Shown here one piece after another: positions 47,473 through 56,431 of a DNA stretch of 64,000 bases. The position numbers were made by a program, and so were the translations under genes. Source of the DNA: a bacterium (GTDB taxonomy: Bacteria; Hinthialibacterota; Hinthialibacteria; Hinthialibacterales; Hinthialibacteraceae). The stretch spans positions 1,568,001 to 1,632,000 of the forward strand of contig CAXXMV010000002.1 in assembly GCA_963662285.2 (NCBI GenBank), written 5' to 3'. The notes under the pieces were generated by a model that saw only the letters and a list, made by a program, of their open reading frames with translations, made no database searches and had not been told where the DNA came from. Positions within the stretch are counted from its first letter, which is position 1. Each line of letters opens with the position of its first letter.

Positions 47473-47504
47473 CAAGGGCAGAAAATACACTGCCCTTGGC
47501 ACCC
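47473..47504. repeat. REP-like palindrome family A
   Basis: Identical to 36140-36171. Confidence 0.85.
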
Positions 47505-47545
47505 GCTATCCATTTTACGTGATGGGATTCAAAATATTTAAACGA

Positions 47546-47576
47546 AAAAGCCCTCCAGATATCCGGAGGGCTTTTT
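47546..47576. terminator. Bidirectional intrinsic terminator
   Basis: AAAAGCCCTCC-loop-GGAGGGCTTTTT between convergent genes. Confidence 0.75.
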
Positions 47577-47627
47577 GTAAATGCATAGAATTGGAAATAA
47601 ATCTAATTATAAATGCATCGAAGATGC

Positions 47628-49088
47628 TTATTTGCTTAATTCCCAGTTAGTTACGTCGGAACTGGCTCTTGTTTCGGCGTTGAATTGGGCGGCTACTTCT
47701 TCGGCGGTTAGAGCGCCGTTATAGATGCGGGCATTATCTATGTATCCTGCCCAATTTTCACCGGCTGCGGCTTGGTTATCGCCGCCAAAGAAGAGAGGTT
47801 GAGGATCATATAATGCCTGAGCAATGGTTCGCATTCCGGCTTCTTCGCCATTGCGGTAATAGGTAAGCAAATTCCCGCTTTTGACTACTACGTGATGCAG
47901 CCATACGTTATTAGGAATGTCTTCATAATCCAGGTTGTCGTCGCCGTTGCCTTCGGTGTGCCATTCAAATTTGGTCGGGGTGAACTTAATGAATTGGCGT
48001 GGAACGAAATCAACCTTTTCGATGCTTACGCGGTTTCCAAAGATAATCTGATTTTCGGTGTTGCCTTCGGCTTGTTTCGCCCAGAATGACCATGTGAAAT
48101 CATTTTCTAATGTCATAACTGGAATAATGGCATCACCAGCTAATACATAAGAGCTTTCAGCTGTGCCATCGGAACTAATGACTGAGTCACGCTCGGAGTC
48201 GTTAACCCATGCTGAGCCGCCTTCACCTAGACCATTACCTACGTTATTGACGGTTCCATCGTTGCCATTTCCGCTGGAGTCGGCAGCCACTTCGCCATTG
48301 CCTTCTTCAAATTCCCAAAATCCGATCAATTCGGCTGGAGCGCCAGCTGATTCATAATTAAATAGAGCAGCGACGTCATCAGCGGATACAGCGTAGTCAT
48401 AGATGCGGACGTTATCAATATATCCAGCCCAGTTTTCACCAGCTGCGGCTTGGTTGTCGCCGCCGATGAATAGAGGTTGTGGATCATATAAAGCCTGGGT
48501 GATTACTTGAGATCCGGCTTCTACGCCATCGCGGTAATAGGTAAGCAAATCAGCTGCTTTGACAACTACATGATGAATCCATACATCGTTGGGAATATCT
48601 TCGTAATCCAGGTTGTCGTCGCCATTGCCTTCAGTGTGCCATTCAAATTTGGTTGGAGTAAATTTGATGAATTGGCGAGGGACGAAGTCAACCTTTTCGA
48701 TGCTCATACGGTTTCCAAGGATAATATCATTGTCACCATTACCTTCGGCCTGTTTAGCCCAAAATGACCACGTAAAATCATTTTCTAAGGTCATAACTGG
48801 AATAATCGCATCGCCAGCCAGTGCATATGCTCCTACGTCTAAGCCATTGAAACTGATGACGGATCCCCGTTCAGGATCAACTACCCATGCTGCGCCGCCA
48901 TCACCTAAACCCTGATCCAGGTTAAAGATGGTTCCATTGTTATCATTGGTGCTGGAGTCAGTAACCGAATTGCCTGACCCTTCATTAAATCCCCAAAAAC
49001 CAAGCAAATCGGCATTAGCGCCAATTGGCAATAAGAAAAGAGCTGCGAGTAAACCGAGTACTAAAGTTGAATGTTGTTTCTTGTTCAT
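47628..49088 (-). CDS. Secreted protein with two LamG-like (concanavalin A/Laminin_G_3) domains and C-terminal SDVTNWELSK tail
   Basis: Duplicated 'LxGFWxFxEGxG...DSSxN', 'FTWSFW', 'WxHHVVV', 'YIDNxRIY' domains. Confidence 0.85.
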   Translation of the reverse strand: MNKKQHSTLVLGLLAALFLLPIGANADLLGFWGFNEGSGNSVTDSSTNDNNGTIFNLDQGLGDGGAAWVVDPERGSVISFNGLDVGAYALAGDAIIPVMTLENDFTWSFWAKQAEGNGDNDIILGNRMSIEKVDFVPRQFIKFTPTKFEWHTEGNGDDNLDYEDIPNDVWIHHVVVKAADLLTYYRDGVEAGSQVITQALYDPQPLFIGGDNQAAAGENWAGYIDNVRIYDYAVSADDVAALFNYESAGAPAELIGFWEFEEGNGEVAADSSGNGNDGTVNNVGNGLGEGGSAWVNDSERDSVISSDGTAESSYVLAGDAIIPVMTLENDFTWSFWAKQAEGNTENQIIFGNRVSIEKVDFVPRQFIKFTPTKFEWHTEGNGDDNLDYEDIPNNVWLHHVVVKSGNLLTYYRNGEEAGMRTIAQALYDPQPLFFGGDNQAAAGENWAGYIDNARIYNGALTAEEVAAQFNAETRASSDVTNWELSK

Positions 49089-49255
49089 AGTAACCTCCCA
49101 TATTTACATTTATATGCCGGTCAATTAAATATCAAAATAATTCATGCATGTAAAGTGAATATTTTACATTTGATAATAAAAAATTTAAAAAGTCTTGAAA
49201 AGTCAGAAATGGTTCTCTAAATTGACGAATTCTTGATCAATCCTCACGCCATGTT

Positions 49256-51553
49256 TTACCATTGCGCAGGCAGGTATTGATCCACGTTATCAGAGGTAAT
49301 GATGGCGATTGGCAGATAGCGAATGGGATCAATCGGTTTTCCATAGAACCAATCGGCGGCTAATTTCATGGGGATGGCGCCATCGGCTTCGGGCGACTGG
49401 TAGGTAATGGCGTGGAGGCGGCCTTCTTTGATGAAGTCCATGCCGACTTTGCTGTTGCCTGCGGCGACCCGGATGATATCCTCGCGGCCTGCGTTTTTTA
49501 TGGCTTCGTTGATGCCGACCTGGGCGCCGGAATCATCGGCGCTGCTGATGCCTTTCAATTCATCGCCGAAGCGGGTAATCCATCCACTGACGACATCCTT
49601 GGTTTTTTCTGATTCGAGGTCGGTGGTCTGCATGGCCAGCAGTTTCATTTTGGGAGCAATTTTCTTTAACTCTGATACAACCGACCAGGTGCGTGAAAAG
49701 AAAGGCGAACAGCCGGGGAAATGCTGAATTATGCAATAGCCGCCTTCATAATTCATCCGTTTGGCGAACTCATGAGTTAGAAGACGGAACTGGCGCCAGT
49801 CATCGGGACCGGTCCAGGCCAATATATACTTGTGCGCTTCCGGGTCGGGCAGCAGGTTAATGGCGATGACCGGGATTCCCGCTTGATTGAGTTTTCTGAA
49901 GAGTGGAACGCAGGCTTTGGCGTCAACCGGACTGACAATGACCATGTCAGGCCGTTCGTTAATGACCTGATCGACCTGTTGGTTTTGGATATTGATATCG
50001 TTGTTGGCCGTCTTGTATTTAACATTGATGCCATAGACCTGGGCGATCTTATTCATACCCTTCATCATGCCTGTATGATATGGGTGGTCGACCGCTCTCA
50101 GGTAGATCACATTCTTGCCGGATGGGCCATCTGCTGGCGAGACGGGTTGGTTGATTTTCGTGACGCCCCAGCCGGAATATTCCATATCATACCAATGCAA
50201 TGCATCATCTTCAGGTAATGCCGCCGGATCGTCGGGGCGCTGAGGTATGGCCTTGGTGGATGGCGGCAGAATAAGCGGCTGACCGTCTTTGGGTTTTAAT
50301 TGGGCGATCTGCTCATCCTGTTGTTGGGCTAATGATAATAAATCAACGGGATTTAACGCCGGGGTGGATGCTTGCGCTTTTTGAATTGCATCACTGGAAA
50401 CCAGCGCCATTTGGGATTTTGATTGCATGCTCATAAAAAACATAGCGAAAATGGCGACTATAGAGACGCAGCCTACTACGGCGATGGCGGTTAAAGCAAT
50501 GTTTGTTTCCTTGTTAGTCATGTCGGTTTCCCTGCCTGTTTGATTTATGTGATCCATGTCAATTTCTTCAATTAATTCGTGGCGGCGCCCGCGCACTTTC
50601 TTTTGTTGGGCGGATGAGAAGGCGTCATATAATACCACGCAGGCCAGGACGAAACCGCTGGCCATTTTGCGGGTTTCCCAGCCTGATCCTATACATTCCA
50701 GCCCGTTGTAGAGTATGGTCAGGGTAAGCAGTGCGATCATGCTTTTGAGTACGCCGCCTTGGCCTCCGGTCATGGCTGTTCCGCCGATAATCACCGCCGC
50801 TACCACTTCCATTAAACTGTTGTTGCCCATAGTGGGCATGGCGGAATTGAGGCCGATGGAGAACAATGCGCCTCCCAGGCTGGCCAGGGCGCCTGATAAG
50901 GTGAAAGCGCTGATGATGTATTGATCTACTGGCAATCCGGCGTTCCAGGCGGTATGGCGGTTGCCGCCTATCAGGTAGAAGCCGCGTCCTATCCGGGTAT
51001 ATATAAGCAAGAATTCAAAGCAGATGACCAAGCCGATGGTGATTAATACGCGGGGAGGGAAGACCGACAACAGAGGCGTCTCCATCCAGGTTCCCAAAGT
51101 GAAACTTTCGACGGATAAAGTGCCTCCATGACTGTAGGTGTAGATTAAGCCCTGGGTTATTATCATCATGCCCAAGGTGGCGATGAAGGAATCCACTTTA
51201 ATCTTGGCTACCAGGAAACCGTTGATCAGGCCGATCAAAGAGCCGCACAGGATGGCGATAGAGATGCTGGCGGGCCAGCCTAGAATGGGTTGCAAGCCGA
51301 TGGTCAACATGCCGCCGAGGGTTAGGTTGGTTCCGATGGAGAGGTCTAGCTGGCCGCAGATCATCACTAAGGTGAATCCGATAGCGGCAGGCATACTGAG
51401 GCTCATGCCCTTAAGGATGGTGGTCTGGTTGTGCAGGGAAAGAAAGTGAGGCGCCGCCATTGCCATGATGGAGAAGACCACCAGCAACAGAAAATAGATA
51501 CGGTTTTCACTTAAAAAGTGATGAATCCCTTTTGATGACAGGTTGCTAAACAT
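49256..51553 (-). CDS. Sugar ABC transporter permease fused to periplasmic sugar-binding protein (RbsC-RbsB-like)
   Basis: N-half 'GQLDLSIG', 'FIATLG', 'AAVIIGGT...GGQG'; C-half 'HPYH', 'QNQQVDQVI', 'IVSPVD', 'ITYQSP'. Start 51553 after GGGAGG. Confidence 0.85.
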   Translation of the reverse strand: MFSNLSSKGIHHFLSENRIYFLLLVVFSIMAMAAPHFLSLHNQTTILKGMSLSMPAAIGFTLVMICGQLDLSIGTNLTLGGMLTIGLQPILGWPASISIAILCGSLIGLINGFLVAKIKVDSFIATLGMMIITQGLIYTYSHGGTLSVESFTLGTWMETPLLSVFPPRVLITIGLVICFEFLLIYTRIGRGFYLIGGNRHTAWNAGLPVDQYIISAFTLSGALASLGGALFSIGLNSAMPTMGNNSLMEVVAAVIIGGTAMTGGQGGVLKSMIALLTLTILYNGLECIGSGWETRKMASGFVLACVVLYDAFSSAQQKKVRGRRHELIEEIDMDHINQTGRETDMTNKETNIALTAIAVVGCVSIVAIFAMFFMSMQSKSQMALVSSDAIQKAQASTPALNPVDLLSLAQQQDEQIAQLKPKDGQPLILPPSTKAIPQRPDDPAALPEDDALHWYDMEYSGWGVTKINQPVSPADGPSGKNVIYLRAVDHPYHTGMMKGMNKIAQVYGINVKYKTANNDINIQNQQVDQVINERPDMVIVSPVDAKACVPLFRKLNQAGIPVIAINLLPDPEAHKYILAWTGPDDWRQFRLLTHEFAKRMNYEGGYCIIQHFPGCSPFFSRTWSVVSELKKIAPKMKLLAMQTTDLESEKTKDVVSGWITRFGDELKGISSADDSGAQVGINEAIKNAGREDIIRVAAGNSKVGMDFIKEGRLHAITYQSPEADGAIPMKLAADWFYGKPIDPIRYLPIAIITSDNVDQYLPAQW

Positions 51554-52562
51554 CGATCCTCCCGGATTTTCTGGCAAACCAGGTAGTTAAGCTGACTACG
51601 GTTATGAAGACAATCCCTTTAACCATCATTTGGGTGAAAGAGTCCAGACCTGCCAGGGTCATAAGATTTAGCAGTACGCCGATCACCAATACGCCGCCGA
51701 ACATTCCCAGGATGGAGCCGCGGCCTCCGGTCAGGTTCACCCCGCCCAGCACTACGGCGGTTATAGCGTTGAATTCATAGCCCAGTCCGGTTTCAAAGGT
51801 TCCCTGCATGTTCATGGAGGTCAATATGAGTCCGGCGAATGATGTGGTGAAGGCTGACAAAACGAAGGTTAACATCACGATTCGTTTAACCGGAACGCCG
51901 CTGAGCCGCGCAGCTTCGTAGGATGATCCTACTAATTGAACCTGCCTGCCGAACAGGGTGTGCTTCATCAACCAGTGGCCGATGGCGATAATGATAAGCA
52001 ACAATAGGGTGGCCAGTGGGAAGAAGCCCAGTATTTCTATCTGGGACAGATTAAGGAAAAAAGCTCCTGCGGATGTATCTTTATCGGGATAGATTTGTTG
52101 CCCGCTGTAGGCCCAGCGCAAGAAGCCGTCGAGCATAAAGAGCATGGCCAGAGTCCATATAATGGGGTTGACCCGCCAATAACCAACCGCATAGCCGTTG
52201 ATTAAACCGATGGTTAATCCAGCCATGAATCCGCAACAGAGACATGCCGCTATGCCGTAGGATTGCGCCGATATGGCCGCCAGACCTGAAAAAGCCATGA
52301 TTGATGGAATTGATATATCAAGGTAGTGCCGACTGTAGGTAATGAAGGCCACGCCAGTCGATACGATTCCCAATAGGGTGATATTGCGCATTATATTAAG
52401 CAGGTTATTTGGACTGGCGAATTTTGATGATATCAGTACGCCTGCGGCTAAGAGGAAAAGCAGTAATACGTATATTCCCAATTGGTTGAGCCATCGGCTG
52501 AACCATGAGATTTGGAGTTTTCTTTCATCTGTTTGTGAATCCGGCGTTATTGGATTTATCAT
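51546..52562 (-). CDS. Sugar ABC transporter permease (RbsC family)
   Basis: 'LDISI', 'FGRQVQLVG...AARLSG', 'YEFNAITAVVLGG...GGRG'. Confidence 0.9.
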   Translation of the reverse strand: MINPITPDSQTDERKLQISWFSRWLNQLGIYVLLLFLLAAGVLISSKFASPNNLLNIMRNITLLGIVSTGVAFITYSRHYLDISIPSIMAFSGLAAISAQSYGIAACLCCGFMAGLTIGLINGYAVGYWRVNPIIWTLAMLFMLDGFLRWAYSGQQIYPDKDTSAGAFFLNLSQIEILGFFPLATLLLLIIIAIGHWLMKHTLFGRQVQLVGSSYEAARLSGVPVKRIVMLTFVLSAFTTSFAGLILTSMNMQGTFETGLGYEFNAITAVVLGGVNLTGGRGSILGMFGGVLVIGVLLNLMTLAGLDSFTQMMVKGIVFITVVSLTTWFARKSGRIDV

Positions 52563-54047
52563 TTATTCCCCATTGGCTGCTAGTAAGACGGCGTCTTCTG
52601 ATAGTTCCTGTTTTTGCATCTGGCGGATGATGCGTCCTTTGCGCATGACAATTATACGGTCGGATAAATCAACCAGTTCGGGCAGGTCGGACGAGATCAA
52701 CAGGACGCATTTACCCTGGTCGGCCAGATTGGCGATGGCATGGTGAATCACCTTTTTGGCGCCGATGTCAACTCCACGGGTCGGTTCGTCGAGAATGCAG
52801 ACTTCGGGAGCGGTGGCCAACCATTTAGCCAGTAATACTTTTTGCTGGTTGCCGCCTGAGAATTGGACGATTTGGCGGTTCGGCTCTGGTGGATAGATGG
52901 CCAACTGATCGGCTGATTCTTGAAAGATTTCCCGGCCATTATCTTGATTGATGAATTTAGAATTCTTGATTTGCATAGCGGACAAGAGGTTATCCTGCGC
53001 GGTTAGTTGCAGAGCCAGACCCTCTAATTTGCGGTCTTCGCTCAAATAGGCCAATCCGGCCTGCATGGTTGAGCGCATATCGGTTGCGTTGATCTCTTCA
53101 TTATCCAAAGTGATGGTTCCCGCATCCAGGGGATCAATACCGCATAGGCTTCGGGCGATTTCACTGCGCCCCGCTCCAGCCAGGCCGCCTAAACCGAGAA
53201 TCTCTCCCTCGCGGATATGAAAACTGATATCATGAAAGAATCCAAAGCGGCTGCATTGATCAACCTGGAATCTAATTTCACCCGGTGATGTTTTGCGTTC
53301 GACTGAAATCTCGCTGATGGTTTGCCCCAGCATCATCTCTACTAATTTGGTGGAATCAGTGTTTTTAACATGCAGGGTATCAACTTTTTGGCCGTCCCTC
53401 ATGACGGTTACCCTGTCGGCGATTGCCAGAATTTCCGGTAGATGATGAGATATATAGATTATGGTGAGTCCGGTTTTACGCAGTTTGCGGATGATATCGA
53501 AGAGCCGGTTCACCTCTTCGCTGCTCAGGGAAGAAGTCGGTTCATCCATGATCAGGATGGAAGGTTCAGAGCCAAGAGCTTTGGCGATTTCGACCAGTTG
53601 GGCTTCGTGTTGACTGATTTCGGAAATGGCCTGTTTGGGATTTATATCCAGTCCGACCATATCAAGTAATCGCCGCGCTTCCTCATACATGGCTTTGCGG
53701 TTAAGCAGGCCATACCTGGTCGGCAGCCTTCCCGCCAGCAGGTTTTCGGCGATGCTCAGCGGTTGGGCCAGGCATAGTTCCTGGTGAATCATGGCGATGC
53801 CATTGGCTTTGGCTATGGCTGGCGAGTGCAGCAAGATTTCTGCGTCGCCAAGCAGGATTTGCCCTGAGTAATCCTGGAAAGCTCCACTGATGATTTTCAT
53901 CAAACTGCTTTTACCGGCGCCGTTTTCACCGATGATGGCGTGGACTTCACCGGATTTTATGGTGAGGTTAACCTGATCAACCGCCAGGGTGCCGGGGTAG
54001 CGTTTAGATATGTTTCTTAATTCCAGGGCAATGCTGTGGTCAGTCAT
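52563..54047 (-). CDS. Sugar ABC transporter ATP-binding protein (RbsA/MglA family)
   Basis: 'GENGAGKS', 'MDEPT', 'FSGGNQQKV', 'LDEPTRGVDIGAK'. Confidence 0.95.
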   Translation of the reverse strand: MTDHSIALELRNISKRYPGTLAVDQVNLTIKSGEVHAIIGENGAGKSSLMKIISGAFQDYSGQILLGDAEILLHSPAIAKANGIAMIHQELCLAQPLSIAENLLAGRLPTRYGLLNRKAMYEEARRLLDMVGLDINPKQAISEISQHEAQLVEIAKALGSEPSILIMDEPTSSLSSEEVNRLFDIIRKLRKTGLTIIYISHHLPEILAIADRVTVMRDGQKVDTLHVKNTDSTKLVEMMLGQTISEISVERKTSPGEIRFQVDQCSRFGFFHDISFHIREGEILGLGGLAGAGRSEIARSLCGIDPLDAGTITLDNEEINATDMRSTMQAGLAYLSEDRKLEGLALQLTAQDNLLSAMQIKNSKFINQDNGREIFQESADQLAIYPPEPNRQIVQFSGGNQQKVLLAKWLATAPEVCILDEPTRGVDIGAKKVIHHAIANLADQGKCVLLISSDLPELVDLSDRIIVMRKGRIIRQMQKQELSEDAVLLAANGE

Positions 54048-54100
54048 ATTGAGGATACCTGATGTGACGCGCTACTTGAAATTAATGAAGTTCACTCAAT

Positions 54101-54217
54101 CAAGGGCAGAAAATACACTGCCCTTGGCACCCACTTTTCCTATTCAATAATGTGGTATTTAGTGTAAAAGTGATTATTATCAACCCTCACCTAGCCTCTC
54201 CCAATCTTGGGAGAGGG
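54101..54217. repeat. REP-like cluster (family A plus CCCTCACC..CTCTCCC..GGGAGAGGG family B)
   Basis: Family A 54101-32; family B 54174-217, with partial copies at 31315 and 47411. Confidence 0.75.
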
Positions 54218-54246
54218 ATATCATAGATCAAAGTTTAATTAAAAAA

Positions 54247-54585
54247 TCAATCGTAATGGAATACTTCTTCCATGTTGGTCCACCACGCGCCTTCGGCAAC
54301 GCCCTCAAGCGGCTTTTGGCATGGTTTGCAGTGAGACCACCAATCCTGGGTGGTTGGATCCGCCGCCATTATTTGCATGTCGGCGTCAAAATCAGTTCCG
54401 GTGTATTCGAAATAGCTGAATAGATAATATTGATCGTCATCCAGTTTTTGGAGATAGATCGAGTAGTTCTGGATGTTGCAGGCGCTGATCATCTTTAATA
54501 CATCCGGCCAGGCGGCGGCGTGTAGTTTTTTGTATTCTTCGATTTTTTCTTTGTTAAGACCGATTACCATTCCATAGCGTTGCAT
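54247..54585 (-). CDS. rhaM: L-rhamnose mutarotase
   Basis: 'EEYKKLHAAAWPDV', 'NIQNYSIY', 'LFSYFEY', 'TQDWW', 'MEEVFH'. Confidence 0.85.
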   Translation of the reverse strand: MQRYGMVIGLNKEKIEEYKKLHAAAWPDVLKMISACNIQNYSIYLQKLDDDQYYLFSYFEYTGTDFDADMQIMAADPTTQDWWSHCKPCQKPLEGVAEGAWWTNMEEVFHYD

Positions 54586-54650
54586 GATTATTTTCCCCTT
54601 TATTCCCGTAGGGTGGGTCGCGTTTTATGACCCACCGGATTAATCAATTA

Positions 54651-55808
54651 TTATGGTTGAAAAGACTCTAGTTGCAGCGGATAATCTCCATACTCTCTGA
54701 CCAGTTTTACGATTGAATCATAGGTTTGGCCGGAGACGCTGGATGATACTGAATGATCGGAGGCGAAGATGTATCCTCCGCCTTTGGCGGCGTTAAGTTT
54801 ACTCAGCACTTCATGTCGTACGGCTGCTTCGTCGCCGCTTTCCCACACTTGGATATTGCTGTTGCCGCAGAAGCCGATGCGGTGGCCGTATTGTTGGCGC
54901 AGTTTATTGACGTCCATATCCGCTTTGGCTTCGAGAGGATTGTAGGCGTCGACTCCTATGTCGATGAAGTCTTCGAATATTTTATTCACATTGCCGCAGC
55001 CGTGATAAATCACCGGCAAGCCGTTGGCGTGGCATTCATCTATTATGGCTTTGACCCAGGGTTTGAAATACTCACGCCAATAGACTGGTGAAAACATCAG
55101 ACTTTTCTTATAGGCCACGTCTCCCCAAATGACCATGCCGTCTAATAATCCTCCCGAACAGCGGATCTCTTCTTTGGCGCAATCCAGATAGAACTGGCCG
55201 ATGCGGTTGATGACCTTGCCCATGCGGTCAGGATGCATCCCCATCCACAGCAGGGTGTTTTGTTGACCGATGAGCCGGGTGAGGCACTCGGAACATTCAA
55301 TGATGCTGCCGAAGACGGCGAAGTCAGGCCGGATTTTTTTGACATTGTCGAACCATGCGATGGAGTTGCGCTCGAAGCCGTCGCCCACTCCTGCGAGGTG
55401 ATTATCGCCTGATTCAAAGAAGCGCCGCCGGTCTCTGGGGTCGTCAAATTCCAGCGCTTCCAGTTTTTCTATACTGTCGGTATCCCAGGAGAGCATTTCG
55501 GGCATGGGGAAAGCATATTTTTTGCGCACTGTCGTACCAAAGCCCGTCTTGATGGTGATCTCGTCAGCGCTATCTTTTATCACCTCAAATGATTTGATGT
55601 GGGGGTCGTTATTGGGAAGGGTGACAATCCAGTCTAAATTGTAATAATCATAAGGGTTTGCGTCGTCGGGAAGGTTTAATTCGCTACGCCAGCGTTTGAT
55701 GAATCCCCCCCAGAAAAAATCGCTTATGGGAACGCGGTCCGGCTCTTCATGGCGCAGCGCTTTTTTTATCCGGTCAACTTTTTGTAAGCAGTTATCGGTT
55801 CGATTCAT
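54651..55808 (-). CDS. Uroporphyrinogen decarboxylase / MtaA-CmuA family protein
   Basis: 'HEEPDRVP', 'IWGDVAY...MFSP', 'IYHGCG', 'GGYIFASDHSV'. Confidence 0.85.
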   Translation of the reverse strand: MNRTDNCLQKVDRIKKALRHEEPDRVPISDFFWGGFIKRWRSELNLPDDANPYDYYNLDWIVTLPNNDPHIKSFEVIKDSADEITIKTGFGTTVRKKYAFPMPEMLSWDTDSIEKLEALEFDDPRDRRRFFESGDNHLAGVGDGFERNSIAWFDNVKKIRPDFAVFGSIIECSECLTRLIGQQNTLLWMGMHPDRMGKVINRIGQFYLDCAKEEIRCSGGLLDGMVIWGDVAYKKSLMFSPVYWREYFKPWVKAIIDECHANGLPVIYHGCGNVNKIFEDFIDIGVDAYNPLEAKADMDVNKLRQQYGHRIGFCGNSNIQVWESGDEAAVRHEVLSKLNAAKGGGYIFASDHSVSSSVSGQTYDSIVKLVREYGDYPLQLESFQP

Positions 55809-55872
55809 ATTCCACTCTCCCCGTCTTGATGGTAATTGGATTGTCTCATGAGGGATGGTATTTCGTCAACCT

Positions 55873-56143
55873 TATTGGTTAAGTCGATACGTCTTGTCGT
55901 GTAAAATATTGCTAACATTGGAGATGAGTTTCTTCCTGGACGTTCTGGATACTGCGCTTGAGATTTAGCCTAAGGAATATTTAATAGTGATAAAGGCTCT
56001 CGATTTACATGTTACGAATTCACGGAGTTACTAGAAAACAATGTAATTCTAATCAGTATAGATGGATGAGGCAGTGCGTTTGATAATATTTTCTTCGAGC
56101 GGCTTTGGCGAACGGTTAAGAACGAGGGAATATACCTAAAAGA
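55873..56143 (+). pseudogene. Degenerate IS3-family transposase (integrase core) fragment
   Basis: Hand translation YWLSRYVLS...TLEMSFFLDVLDTAL.. / IFNSDKGSRFT...ISIDG*GSAFDNIFFERLWRTVKNEGIYL, matching the IS3 pattern IFNTDQGSQFT...ISMDGxGxxxDNIFIERLWRSVKYE, with stops and a frameshift. Confidence 0.8.
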
Positions 56144-56431
56144 AACCTTTTTTTAATCAATCCTCTCCCGGAAGCGCATTTTTTGATTGAAACTTTTTTA
56201 AACAACGGTACGTTAAACCAATAATTATTTCAAATATTAGATAATAATACAAAAGTTGACCTTTTTTGTAAAATAGTAATATCAATCATGAAGATGCTCT
56301 GGTATAATGTCTCTAAGGGCTTTGATTTATTAATATTATCTGTTTTTCAATTATTTCGGGATGACGAATTTAACTCTTTTAGTTCTGTAATATAACCATT
56401 AAGTATTATGCTTTAATAAGGTTTTTAGTAG

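Noticed and set aside
54651-55808. hemE assignment
   Set aside because: Lacks the HemE N-terminal RQAGR motif; only the fold family is supportable.
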